DNA of 64,000 nt, taken from contig NW_024704743.1 of assembly GCF_018977255.1 (NCBI RefSeq), forward strand, positions 63,800,001 through 63,864,000. Reading direction: 5' to 3'. Both the position numbers and the translations under genes were made by a program. Origin of the DNA: Callorhinchus milii (lineage: Eukaryota). The notes beneath the pieces are model-generated. The model had not been told where the DNA came from, did no database searches, and worked only from the letters and a program-made list of their open reading frames with translations. Of this stretch, positions 40,419 to 52,415 are shown one piece after another. Every line of letters starts with the position of its first letter. The stretch's first letter is position 1.

Positions 40419-40750
40419 GGAGTCCTGTAGCTCAGTGGTTAGAGCACTCGCTTTGCAAGTGAGAGACCTGAGTTCAATTCCAGGCAGGGCGAAACCTTGG
40501 GCAAGTTTCCTTACTCCACACAGAGCCTAATAATAATCCCTCCAAAAAAACCAAAAACAATAATTAAATTGGTCATTTTCAATCTACGACTGTTTGTGGG
40601 ACATTGCTGTGCGCAATTGGCTGCCGCGTTCGCCCACAAATATACAGTCAATTCACTTTACAGTGTATTCTGTGAAGCGCTTTGGGACGTCCTCCTGACG
40701 TGAAAAGCGCTATATCAAATGCAAGGATTATTATTATTATTATTATTATT
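40419..40750 (+). mobile_element. Young SINE, short subfamily
   Basis: Full tRNA head through (TTA)n tail. Confidence 0.93.
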
Positions 40751-40959
40751 AAAAGGGTTGATTCTACAACTCTAGTATTATTGAATGAATTTACTGAATA
40801 ATTTAATGTTACATTCAAGATCAATGAAGAAGGTATAAAGCAGAGTGATTCGAGTATGCTAGAGCTGACCCTGTATTCACTGGGTATCAAGGTCATCTCT
40901 GCAGTACTGGAATCATTTTGAAAAAGGTAATTAAGAAGAAGCATGATTTAGGATTTTAA

Positions 40960-41326
40960 TAATAGTAATAATCCTTCCATTTGATACAGCTGTTATCACG
41001 TCTTCGAGAGACTTCTCAAAGCACTTCACAGAATGTACTGTAAAGTGAATTGACTGTATATATTTATGGGCGATAGATACATGGTAGCTATTTGCGTACA
41101 GCAGTGTCCCACAGTTATGGATAGAGTGACCAAATTATTATTAATTTTTTTTTTAAGGGACTGTTAGCCCCGGAAGAGCGATCCGCCAATCGACTAACAA
41201 CCGGGTTCTTACTTCCTATTAGGTAAACAGGCGTATGGAGTAAGGAAGCTTGCCTAACGTTTCGCCCTGCCTGGGAATTGAACCCAGGTCCGCTCGCTTG
41301 CCCTAATCTGTACGCTACAGGACTCC
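40960..41326 (-). mobile_element. SINE, long subfamily
   Basis: Reverse-complement similarity; lies tail-to-tail with the 40419-40750 copy. Confidence 0.85.
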
Positions 41327-41750
41327 ACTTTAAAATGCTGAAAGGCATATATAATGTATATATGGGACTTTTACCTTGAGAGGTGAACTAGAAAACATAG
41401 ATTAAAAAGGAATTAACCTGAAGTGAAACCAGATATTGGAGGCTATGTTTGTCCATCCTCTACAGACAACATAACCCTACATGTGCTGGCAATTGGTAAG
41501 AATGATTGTACAGGATTTCAGGAGGACATTGATAAAGTAGGAAAATGGGAGGACAAATGGCATCTCGAACATGTCTTTAGTTAGCATTTCGCCCACAAAT
41601 ATACAGTCAATTCACTTTACAATATATTCTGTGAAACGTTTTGAGACCTTTAGAAGATGTGAAAAGCACTATATCAAATGCAAGGATTATTATTTATTAT
41701 TATTATTTCTGAGATTAGTATCTGCAATGTACCCAGATGTTTCTGCTAAC

Positions 41751-41913
41751 CTTCTGCACTGATGGTCATAATGCCTTGTTCCAAGTCAATGTGCGGATGA
41801 ATCAAACAAAGCCTGGGTTCCTGCTTTTGACTAACACAGACGCCATTTTGGTTGACTATCATCCAAGTTCGGTCAAAGAGTAAACCATGCTTTCCAATAG
41901 GCCACTTCTTAAC
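41751..41913 (-). CDS. MOCOS: Molybdenum cofactor sulfurase, internal exon (about human exon 9), MOSC_N beta-barrel region
   Basis: Acceptor tttatag|GTT, donor GAAG|gttagc, 163 nt, phase 0 to 1. Translates VKKWPIGKHGLLFDRTWMIVNQNGVCVSQKQEPRLCLIHPHIDLEQGIMTISAE(G), matching recalled vertebrate MOCOS VTRWPVGNQGLLYDRSWMVVNHNGVCLSQKQEPRLCLIQP. Confidence 0.96.
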
Positions 41914-42479
41914 CTATAAAGCAAAGGGATAAATAAATCACAGTGATGAAATATGGAGGTAATATGTACACTTTGAACAATGCTCTAAGAAGTTACACAA
42001 GTCAAAGCGACAATACTTCTTAAAATTCTACCACTCTAAAATCTCGATAGTACTTTACTCTTCATCAGTATGGATAAGAGCCATCCCCATTTTATACATG
42101 CATTTTACCTATTAAAATTAAAAAATTGGATTCAGAACAGTTGAATTTCTGAACATCTGTTACTGAAATAACTCAAACATTCCACACAACAGAATTCAAA
42201 TGTTCCCATTGCTCAATGACATGTTCCATTATATAAAAGGATAAGATAATAATAATGCTTGATTTGATATAGAGCCTTATCATGTCGTTGAGATGTCTCA
42301 AAGTGCTTCACAGAACGTACTGTAAAGTGGATTGACTGTATTTTGTGGGCGAAAGACGTTTCCACCACATTGGTGGAATGCCAGATATCTCCTAGGCATG
42401 AACAAGGACCGACACATTTTCCCCATTTGTAGCAGATAAAGATTCCGATAAGAAACACATTGCTGATTATACATGAGTT

Positions 42480-43328
42480 GGTGTAGCCTCAACTTACCCC
42501 ACACCCCTTCTTTTCATCTAAAATACTTAACATCCGCCAGGCAGCCTCATCCAGCTGCACCTTGTCACCCACCACCACCTCCTCGCTGTCCCCCTCACCT
42601 TCTTCATCATCTGCTCCTACCACCAACCCCATTCTACATCCCTTCCTCCCCATCTCTCCTTCCTCCCTCTCACCCACCGTCACCTCCATGAAACCCACCA
42701 TCTGCTGCCTAGACCCCCTCACCACCAACTGAAACCCTAGTCCATGCCTTTGTCACCTCTCGGCTGGACTACTCCAACGTCCTCTTCGCCGGTCTCCCAT
42801 TCACTACCAACCATAAAATCCAAATTATTCAAAACTCTGCCGCCTGCATTCTCACCCAAAAGAAACTCTGCTCTCCGATCACCCCAGTCCTTGCCAGACT
42901 GCAGTGGCTGCCTAAACCAGAGAGGATCGATTTCAAGAGCCTCACCCTTGTATTCAAGTCCCTGCACTCCTCTGCACCCCCCTACCTCTCTGACCTCCTC
43001 TCTCCTCAAAACAGTGCCCGTTGCTTTCGTTCCTCCGGGTCTGGACTCCTTTTCGTCCCCCGAGTCCTCCGCTCCACCCTCGGCGGCCGTGCCTTCAGCC
43101 ACTATGTCCCGAGGTTCTGGAACTGTCTTCCTCCTTCCCTTCATCTCGTTCCCTCCCTTCCCATTTTCAGGTCTCTGCTGAAGACCTTTCTTTTCGACCG
43201 AGCCTTTGGTCACTTTCCACACCCCACCCTCCCCCCGGCTCGGTCCCGGGATCCGTTACTGTAAAGTGCTCTGAGACGCCATCCGGAGTGGAGGGCACTA
43301 TATAAATCCAAGTTGTTGTTGTTGTTGT
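42480..43328 (+). mobile_element. L2 LINE fragment (different subfamily), internally deleted, with tail
   Basis: LVHAFVTSRLDYSNVLFAGLP...QIIQNSAA...LQWLP...RIDFK reading at 42737-43000, and a (GTT)n tail at about 43312-43328. Confidence 0.88.
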
Positions 43329-44423
43329 GGTGGGTTTACATCCAGAAACCAAATTGACAAAGCAAAAAGGAAAAAACTAGCAATCTTATAGGTGTATTGT
43401 TCTGAGGTGGACCATTCTTTTTAACTCAACTGTCAACTGTAGTTATTTTGAGCACTAGGTGATGCTATAGGAGTAGTTGTGTGGAAAGCAACAGTTCCAA
43501 ATACCATAGCCCATTGCAAACAAGCAGAGAGTTACAGCAAAATACGCAAGATAGGGAGTAACCTCAGGAATCACAACATAACCATTAGCTGCCAAGTGAC
43601 TGCACACAGTTTAAAAAACATTTCCACCTGCTCAGGAGATCAAATCCGAACATTCTTTTGAACAGAAGCTGTGAGTTTTAAGAAAGATTAACATTCTCCT
43701 AGTTTGTCAAAGTCCAACAAACCTGAATTAATACATTAATGACCTGCATTCACAGATCCAGTATAAGATAGTTAAACAACTGGAACATGTCAGGAAAGGT
43801 GGTAGAGGCCAGTGATGGAGGGAAGGTTTGGTGGGTGTTCTAGAGAGATGAGGGCCTTCTTCATCCAAACCAATCTTTGTGATGTTGTGAAACCTGGCAA
43901 TATAACTGTCAGAAGGTACTAGGTGTGCATAGTAGGTCTAGGTTGAGGAATATGTCTGGTGGTGTAGCAACTGCATAAAGAACTGACTTTTGTCTAAGAC
44001 AGAAAAAAAATATCTGAAAGATGAAATAGCAGAAAGAAAGAATGTTTAAGTTAAAGGAACATGTTCCCCAATGTACCTGCTATACAAACCGTCACGTTGG
44101 GCACTTTTGCTCACCCTCTCTCACCTCCACCAAATCATTAGTGGTTGTAAGTCAAGAATGACAGAATTTACATAGAAATGAATGCTAGTTTGACCTCATC
44201 CATTAATGAGGGCCAATTACGTTTTTTATGTTTACAAAGGATTGCATTACTTTACTCTCCAAATGTCATCATTAACTTTCCAAATGTTTAGACTGTCACT
44301 TGAACCAGTAAAGTATTTCAATTATTGCTTTCAAAATTGACCTGCTTCACATAATATTGAAGCAGCAAATAAGCACCACTTTACTTTGGGATATTCTTTG
44401 AATGTTGAAAATGCGCTAACTTT

Positions 44424-45146
44424 ACAACAACAACAAAATTACATTTGTATAGCACCTTTCACGTCGGGAGGACGTCCCAAGGTACTGGACAGTCAAGAGT
44501 TTCGGACCCGAGCTGGGGGTCGGGATTGGGGAGGGTGTAGGGTGGGGGGAAGCAGGGTGATCGAAAGCATGGTCAAAGAGGAAGGTCTTGAGATGGGTCT
44601 TGAAGGAGGCAAGGGAGGCGGCAAGGTGGAGGGACTCTGGGATGGAGCTCCAGAGGGTGCGGGCAGAGTGGCAGAAAGCCCGCCCAATGATGGGGCGAGC
44701 GAGGCGGGGACGTGAAGCAGACCGGAGCACAATGAGCGGAGGGAGTGGGCAGGATGGTAGGGGATTAAGAGGTTGCAGAGGTAGGGAGGAGCAAGACCAT
44801 GGAGGGCTTTGAAGGTGAGGACCAGAATCTTGAACTGTATCCTCTGTGTGATGGGAAGCCAGTAGAGTCGGGCGAGGATGGGAGTGATAGGGTCACGGAG
44901 CCTGGTGCAAGAGAGGACATGGGCTGCAGAGTTCTGGATGATCTGCAGCCTATGGAGGGAGGAGTTGGTGAGGCCGACAAGCAAGGAGTTTGCATCGTCG
45001 AGCCTCGATGTAATGAATCCGTATATGAGGGTTTCGGTGGCCTGCGGTGTGAGACAGTGGCGGAGACAGGCGATGCTCCGGAAGTTGGAGAAGGCAGAGC
45101 GGGTCATAGCACAGATGTGGGATAGAAAGGATAGTTGAGGGTCAAA
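44424..45146 (-). mobile_element. L2 LINE 3' fragment with tail
   Basis: The 233-aa ORF contains TLIYGFITSRLDDANSLL...LQIIQNSAA...WLPITQRIQFKILVLTFKALHGLAPPYL, followed by the stem-loop and (TTG)n tail. Confidence 0.92.
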
Positions 45147-46503
45147 CAAGAAATATATATTTATATTTAATGCCACAAAACAACACAATGACATTGTGGC
45201 ATTTAAACATTTACATATTAGTGGATGTTTCAGGGCATTAGAATTAATTTATTCCAAGCTTCTCTGCTGAATTCCTAGATTTGTTCCCTTCAGTGCGCTT
45301 TAAATGATATTTGTATTACTCTTACAAGCCCAGAAACAACATCAAAGGAGTTCCCTCTCAAAAAGCCCTTTGATGATAAAAATATCCTAATTGAAAATGT
45401 CAGATCAAAAAAGGTTCAAAAGAGAACTTCACAGCTATCATCTCATTCCCAAAAGTGAATATACAAAATATAAATGCTGCACAAAAACAAAATAAAGATA
45501 ACAGAAGAGTTCACCAAATTTACAATACACACCATAACCAAAAAGTAGCTATTTTAATACATACATGATTGGACCCTTCTGTCTGATGGAAAATGTTCAG
45601 CTATATTCAGCATGATTCTCATTATAAGATATCACAAATCTAGACTTAGAGTCAGATTGCTCTAATGCAACCTTCATGTAGAGGAATCCTGGCAAAACTG
45701 CTGGCATTCAAAACTGCTCTATCCCAAAGGCTATAGTGTGGAGTCCTCAGAGAATAGAGTGGAAAGGAATAATAATACTTATATTTGATACAGTGCCTTT
45801 CATGTTAGGAGGATGTCACAAAGTGCTTCACAGGATATACTGCAAAGTGGAGCGACTGTGTGTTTTCGGGCGAATGTGGCAGCCAATTTTGCACTGAAAG
45901 CCCAGCCGCAGATGGCATAATAATAACAATAATAATAATCCTGGCATTTGATATAGCACCTAGCACATCGACAAAATATCTCAAAGAGCTTCACAGAATA
46001 TATTGTAAAGTTTAGTCGTGGATTGAGTGGCCATCCACTCCATTCTGGGGTGGAGGGGTGGATTATTACCCCCCGAAAAGTGATCTGCCAATCAACTAAC
46101 AAGCGGGCTCCTTCCTCACTGCTCCGCAAACAAAGGCGTGTGTGTGGAGTAAAGAAGCTGGCCTAAGGCTTCGCCCCACCCAGAAATTGATCCCAGGTCC
46201 TCTCGCTTGCGAGGCAAGAGCGTTATCCACTACAGTACAATAGTTGAGTCCAAGAGAATTGTTGATCTAAAAATGTATTTTTGTACCTAAAAGTGGCACT
46301 TCAATGGCACACAACAGGGAATAAATTCCAGGGTTCAGAAATCTACAATGAGATTACATCAGCATTGAATGAGCAAATGGGGGGGTCTGTATACTGATTC
46401 AGCATCTTGAACTATAATCCTTCAGGACAGACAGTTAGGTAACCAATACATAACCTGAAGGATGTTTTAGTTACTTAAAGAAAATTACAGTTTGATTACA
46501 CAG

Positions 46504-47281
46504 TGTAGGATTTCTGTAATTAATGTGTTAAATAATACCTCAAATTATATTTGCGATGTTTATATATTTGAGACATATGATCGATCGCATATGAGGGGAG
46601 CTGGTTGTGACTAGCTTCGAAGAAGATCCTTGCTCAAGGAGGAGAAACAACACTGTTCATCAGCAACAAACTGTTTTCATTTCTTATCGGTCGTTTTCTC
46701 ATGGAAAATTGGTCTGCTGCTGGAGAGAGCTATGTTGCATTTGATTTTACAAAGGAACCATCTTGCAAAAGACAACAGGTGAAAGGTCACCTAATGGAGA
46801 TCGATTCGAAAGAGAAAGAGAGAAGGAAGAAATTGGAACTTGGGAGTCACAAGCCACATTTCAGCTTCTAAAGAAAGAAGTTCAAGACTACGATTTAAAC
46901 CACACTAAACAATAATACAATAATACCTGGATACTTTTGTGTGATATCGAACTGGAAACCGTATAATAATGCATGGCTACTTTTGAGTGATATCGAACTG
47001 GAAACCGTACAGCAATTCTTGGATACCTTTTGAGGACTTATATTCGGGTTCAAATGGGACGTTAAATTGGACATTGCTCTTCTATCTCTCCCGCAGCATT
47101 TGGTTGGTCAACTTAAATCGTTGTGAACTTCAGTATATGTGGATACGTAAGCATAATTGGATGTATTCTTTTAATTACTTATAACCATCATTAATGTGAA
47201 TTAATAAACCTTGATTAATTGTACAACATTTGTGCCAGTCCTTATTTTACCGCAGGGTCATGAAAATAAATTAATCCTACA
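46504..47281 (+). mobile_element. Solo LTR (778 bp) of a Gypsy or ERV-type retroelement
   Basis: Termini TGTAGGATT...AATCCTACA (9-bp inverted repeat, TG...CA), 4-bp TSD ACAG at 46500-46503 and 47282-47285, AATAAA at 47203-47208, internal 46-bp tandem repeat, more CpGs than the flanks. Confidence 0.85.
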
Positions 47282-47608
47282 ACAGGGTGAAGAACCAGTA
47301 TTCTGAGAACATAAAGTGAAGAAGAGCTAATGAGTTTCTCCAGAACTGCTTGCAGCCTGGTATTATTTACTATATGTTACACTGCAGATTTTGGATGAAA
47401 TAACATTACGCCTTCACTGTGGTACCGACAGCGGTGACAGGTCGTACAGAATCTGATGGCATTCGACACTAATAGGATTATAATTTCTCTGCGGGTTCAT
47501 TTAAGTTTGCTAAGATTTACTTGCCTTTTCCTCAGAATCTCACTGAAACACTACTCTGGTGCATTCAGATGTGGAGACTTGAGGACATTTGCTTTTTTTT
47601 GCCTTTGT

Positions 47609-47863
47609 GCAGGGCGAAACCTTGGGCAAGTTTCCTTACTCCACACGCCTAATAATAATCCCTCCAAAACCAAAAACAATAATAAATTGGTCATTTTCAA
47701 TCCACGACTGTTTGTGGGACATTGCTGTGCGCAATTGGCTGCCGCGTTCGCCCACAAATATACAGTCAAATCGCTTTACAGTGTGTTCTGTGCAGCGCTT
47801 TGGGATGTCCTCCCGACGTGAAAAGCGCTATAGCAAATGCAAGGATTATTATTATTATTATTA
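47609..47863 (+). mobile_element. Young SINE, short subfamily, 5'-truncated
   Basis: Begins at gcagggcgaaacc just after the tRNA head; body and tail intact. Confidence 0.9.
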
Positions 47864-48319
47864 TATGTTGCATCAGGATAAAGGCTTGAGATGGGATTGC
47901 TTAAAATGCTTTCATTTATTACTGATTGGTTACTTTCCAGAACAGAATCCTGTTTTTTTTACAGTAACTAATGTAATCAAGAATAACATTTGGAGAAAAA
48001 TAGCAAAGAAAATCCAAGGCTACAGAGCAGTAAATCAGTGGATTCAAAGAATTAATAGCAATTTAGCTAATTGGACTGAGAACAGCTTAGCAATCAAATA
48101 TAGAAGCTGATGATAAAGGAAAACAGGTCTGGATGGAGGCCAGTGTCTAGTTAAGTTCCATAAACATTAGTTCTGTGTCTCCTGCTGTTGCCACTATTCA
48201 TAAATAATAGGGATGTGAGAATGACTAAACATGTCATATGCTATGCTGGCAAATCATGGAAATTCACTTATTCGATTGTGTTATTAATTTAAGTTCCATC
48301 TACCTTAATAAAATAACCC

Positions 48320-48730
48320 TTCCATTTAATATAGAGCCTTTCTTGTTGGGTGACAACTCAAACTGCTCCACAGATCGTACTGCGAAGTGCAGTGACTGAG
48401 TATTTGGTAGCAAATGCGGCAGCCAATTTGCACACCATATTCCACAAACAGCCGTAAAGTGAATGACCCATTTTATCTGGCGACTTTAATTGAGCAGAAC
48501 ACCGGGAGAAACTCTTTTTGAATAGTTACATGGGATCTTTAACATCCACCTGAAGAGGACCTTGGTTTAACGTTTCACCTGATAAACAAATCCTCCGACA
48601 ATGCAATGCTCGCTCAGTATTTCAATGGCATGCCAGTCCAAACAATGATCTTAAAGTCCTGATGTGGGCTGGAACCAATAGCCTTCTGAATCAGAGGCAG
48701 GAGTGCTACCAACTGAGGCAGGCTGACACT
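48320..48730 (-). mobile_element. Older tRNA/Deu-type SINE
   Basis: Reverse-complement colinearity with 37507-37920. Confidence 0.75.
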
Positions 48731-49105
48731 TTGTGATTCAGGTGGACCTACAAATGGTTTACAAAACATGGGATCGTTTTACCTGGTTTATATTGCCCAC
48801 TAAATCCAAATTTACCCTCAAATCAAATTAATTTGTTATTCATCTCATTGTCGCTTATGAGACATTGTTGCTGAAGATTAGCTGTTGTGTTTGTCCATAT
48901 AACATTTATTTTACAGCCAGGCTGGCTCATCATCAAGGTTTGGATGGATAGACCAGTCACTAGGAGCAGAAGCAGCAGAAAAGCTTGTAGGACAATGCTC
49001 TCAATGGCAAGCTATGCATGCAGTTTTAGATGGTTAGACTCTAGCAGCATCCCAATGCACACTCTGGGGTGCCCAAGCCTTGGCTCATGCCAATCTGCAC
49101 CTAAT

Positions 49106-49468
49106 AGTCCTGTAGCTCAGTGGTTAGAGTACCTGTCTCGCAAGCGAGAGACCTGGGTTCGATTCCCGGCAGGGCGAAATGTTGGGAAAGTTTCCTTACT
49201 CCATATGCCTCTATAAACCTAGCAGTAAGGAACCCGGTTGTTAGTCGATTGGCGGATTGCTTTTCTGGGGATAATAATCCCTTAAAAAAGATAATAATTT
49301 GGTCACTCAATCCATGACTGTTTGTAGGACACTGCTGTGTGCAATTGGCTGCCGCATTTTGCCCACAAATATAGTCAATTCACTTTACAGTATATTGTGT
49401 GAAGCGCTTTGAGACGTCTAGAAGACGTGAAAAATGCTACATCAAATGCAAGGATTATTATTATTATT
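49106..49468 (+). mobile_element. tRNA-headed SINE, long subfamily
   Basis: Same head and Deu-like block plus an extra segment cctagcagtaaggaacccggttgttagtcgattggcggattgcttttctgggg; tail loop TAGAA. Confidence 0.9.
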
Positions 49469-51749
49469 TTCATTTTCAATCAAGTATATTTTGCAAAGTA
49501 CTTGAGATGTTTAATTTTATGTGAAAGGTGCTATATAAATGCAAATTATTGTTAGCTATTATTAAGGAGTGTGGCAGGAAAATGACAAGTTGTAGTCACT
49601 CCTCGTCAAAGTAACAGATGAAGAGTTAAAAGGATCAAGACTTATTAGTCTAGAAGAAATAAAATTATTGTATTGGTACTATATAGCTTGTTCATATTGT
49701 TATTCCATTTCAAAAATGCTTCTAGTGAAATAGACTTAACTCTTTAATCTGTTAGTCTATGGCATAATACCTGTCACAATGGAGTCTAGGCATGCATTTC
49801 CAATGCATATTTATTGTTTACCAGAGTCATAGTTTGTTTAATGAAAACACACAATTGCAACCCTCATAGTGACAAGGTGATCTCATGAGTCCGCTTATGG
49901 GATCAGCTGGGGCGATGCTGGAGAAGAACAGTATAGTACTCCTATAAAACTGAAGCTCAATATCACAGTACCTATTAACTTATTTTATTTTTTTCTCTTA
50001 TTCTTTTCACCTTGGCTCTTACTAAACTGCACCTAAACATTCTGTAAAAAGAAATTCTCCAGGGAGAGAGTGCACAGTCCAATCCAGACAAAAGAATTAC
50101 CATTCATATGTGGAATTCTCAGTTGTTTAAATACTCTTAAGCATGGTGATGGATGTCTGCATGTCAGATACACGGCAGACCAAAACAAATCTTGGTTGCA
50201 TCTTGTACTGTAGGCCTTAGGATTGAATTAGATTTCTTAATTTTAAAACATTTAGACACCAACGTAAAGGCATTCACACTATATTTGATATTATCAATGT
50301 TTTAATATTTTAAGAACACATTTTGCATTTTTCTAATTGCAACTGGAATTTATGAGCATGTTTATATTCCATTTTGATTATGTATTAAGGTGCAATTTTC
50401 AGTTATGCATTTTTATTGCACATTTTGTTAACTTTATTCCCACAGATATCTTTAACGCTAATTGTATCTGGGAAGCTTTTAACGCAGGAGAATTCAATAC
50501 TATGATTAGTGTTTTAAGATGTTGAGAAGATTAACAACTGTGCAAGATGATATTGCAAGTTTCAGCACTTAAGGAATTGAAAGTTGTATAAAGTGGTGTC
50601 CTCGGTAGAAGAGGGTCATTGAATTATATGTCTGGTGTGAATTCATGCGTTCATGATAGATCTTAGCTACTGGTAAGTAAGAATTTTGCTAGCACAAGAC
50701 ATTAGTAGCTATAGTAAAATGCTCTGCAATCTAATGCTTGCAGCCTCTCTATGTTATAATCACCCTTGCCTTTGATATAGCATCTTTCACATAGGGAGGA
50801 TGTCTCAAAGCGCTTTGCAAGATTTACTGTAAAGTGTAGTGAATGTGTAATTTGCAGGGTGAATGTTCTTATGTGAAGGGTAAAGCTAGCTGGAGAAGGA
50901 GTCATACTGTTGAGTCCTATTTAACGATATTTTGATGACTATAATAGAGTATGCAATTTATTAATATTCTCTGCTTTTCAATTCATTCCATTAGCAAGCT
51001 GACTGGGTGATGATTTTCAAGAATCGTATTAGCAAGTCCTATATAGCTAATAAACATGGGGAAGTGATGTTGGTGGCGCATTAATTGAAACAAGGAGCAC
51101 CATCTCAAACTAACCCCTCAACTGCCTATTTTCTTGCTCAGTGTTCTGCATTATAATTTATCAAATGCTTAAATATGTTCTCTCTATGTGAAAGGCACTA
51201 TACACATTTTATTCATCCAAGCAGAATGGGCTGAATTCTTTGAATTTGATGGAAAAACAATTTCTTCACTCTTTCTTCTCGTTACAATTCTTTACCCTCA
51301 GTGAACCAAAACCCAAACTACTTAAATCCATTTGATATTTCATGGGGGAGTGGGAAGAAGGTGGTTTCCAATTTTCTCATTGAATTTTCAACCCTCAATT
51401 CTATACTTGATTGGCTTAAATATTTCACTTCTTTTTCTTTCTACTGTATGGGGTGGAGGAGGGGAGGGAAAAGAACCTGTCCTCATCCAATCTCCACACG
51501 ATAGTCCCATCTGCGCCACTATCAGTGGACATGTCTTCTCTTCAGCACCTACATCCCTAACCTCTGGAGCTCCCTATCTCAATCCCTCTGCCCCGCCACT
51601 CCCTTATCTATGTTTAAATCTTAAGTCTTAAGAACTACCTCTTTGATGGCGTCTATGGTCACCCCCCCACCCACCTTTGCTTGCCATCCAACCGTGCCAC
51701 AGTGCAGCTCCGAGATGCTAACCTGCCAGAAGGGCACTATATAAATGTA

Positions 51750-52415
51750 AGTAGAGGAGCAAAGTGACCTAGGGGCACACATACATAATTCACTAAAAGT
51801 AGCAACGCAGGTTAATAAGGCCATAACAAAAGGCAAACCAGACATTTGGGTTCATTTCTAGAGGGATAGAAATGAAAAGCAGGGAAATTATGGTAAACTG
51901 CTATAGACCCTTGGTTAGACTACACTTAGAATACTGTGTGCAGTTCTGGTCCCCACATTATAGAAGGGATGTAGAGGCACTGGAGAGGGTGCAAAGGAGA
52001 TTCACAAGGATGATCCCAGAACTGAGAGGTTATACCTATCAGGAAAGGCTGAACATGCTTGGACTCTTTTCTCTTGAAAAGAGGAGTGTAAGAGGTGGCC
52101 TGATAGAGGTCTTTAAAATGATGAAAGGTTTTGATAGGGTAGACATAGGGAAGATGTTTCCACTTGTGGGGGAGATCAAAACCAGGGTTTTTTTGTCCCA
52201 GTGAGTTGATATGATATGGAATGAACTGCCTGAAAGGGTGGTGGAAGCCGGTTCGATAGTTGGTTTCAAAAGGGATTTGGATAGGTACTTGAAAAGGAAA
52301 CATTTGCAGGGCTATGGGGTAAGACTGGGGGAGTGGGACTAGTTGAATAGTTCTTTTAAACAGCCAACATAGGCACGATGGGCCAAATGGCCTCCTTCTG
52401 TGCTGTAAGATTCTT
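51750..52415 (+). mobile_element. CR1 LINE 3' end (ORF2 C-terminus plus 3'UTR)
   Basis: LVRLHLEYCVQFWSPHYRRDVEALERVQRRFTRMIPELRG...ERL..LGLFSLEKR, then the CR1-type terminus gggccaaatggcctccttctgtgctgtaagattct. Confidence 0.93.

Noticed and set aside
44493..45194. Longest ORF in the track (233 aa)
   Set aside because: It is a 5'-truncated L2 ORF2 C-terminus that runs out of frame into the 3'UTR; not a host gene or an autonomous element.
46928..47035. Repeat-spacer-like pattern (23-bp identical cores) resembling a CRISPR array
   Set aside because: Only two full units, the intervening sequences are similar to each other, it lies in a eukaryotic LTR, and there are no cas genes.
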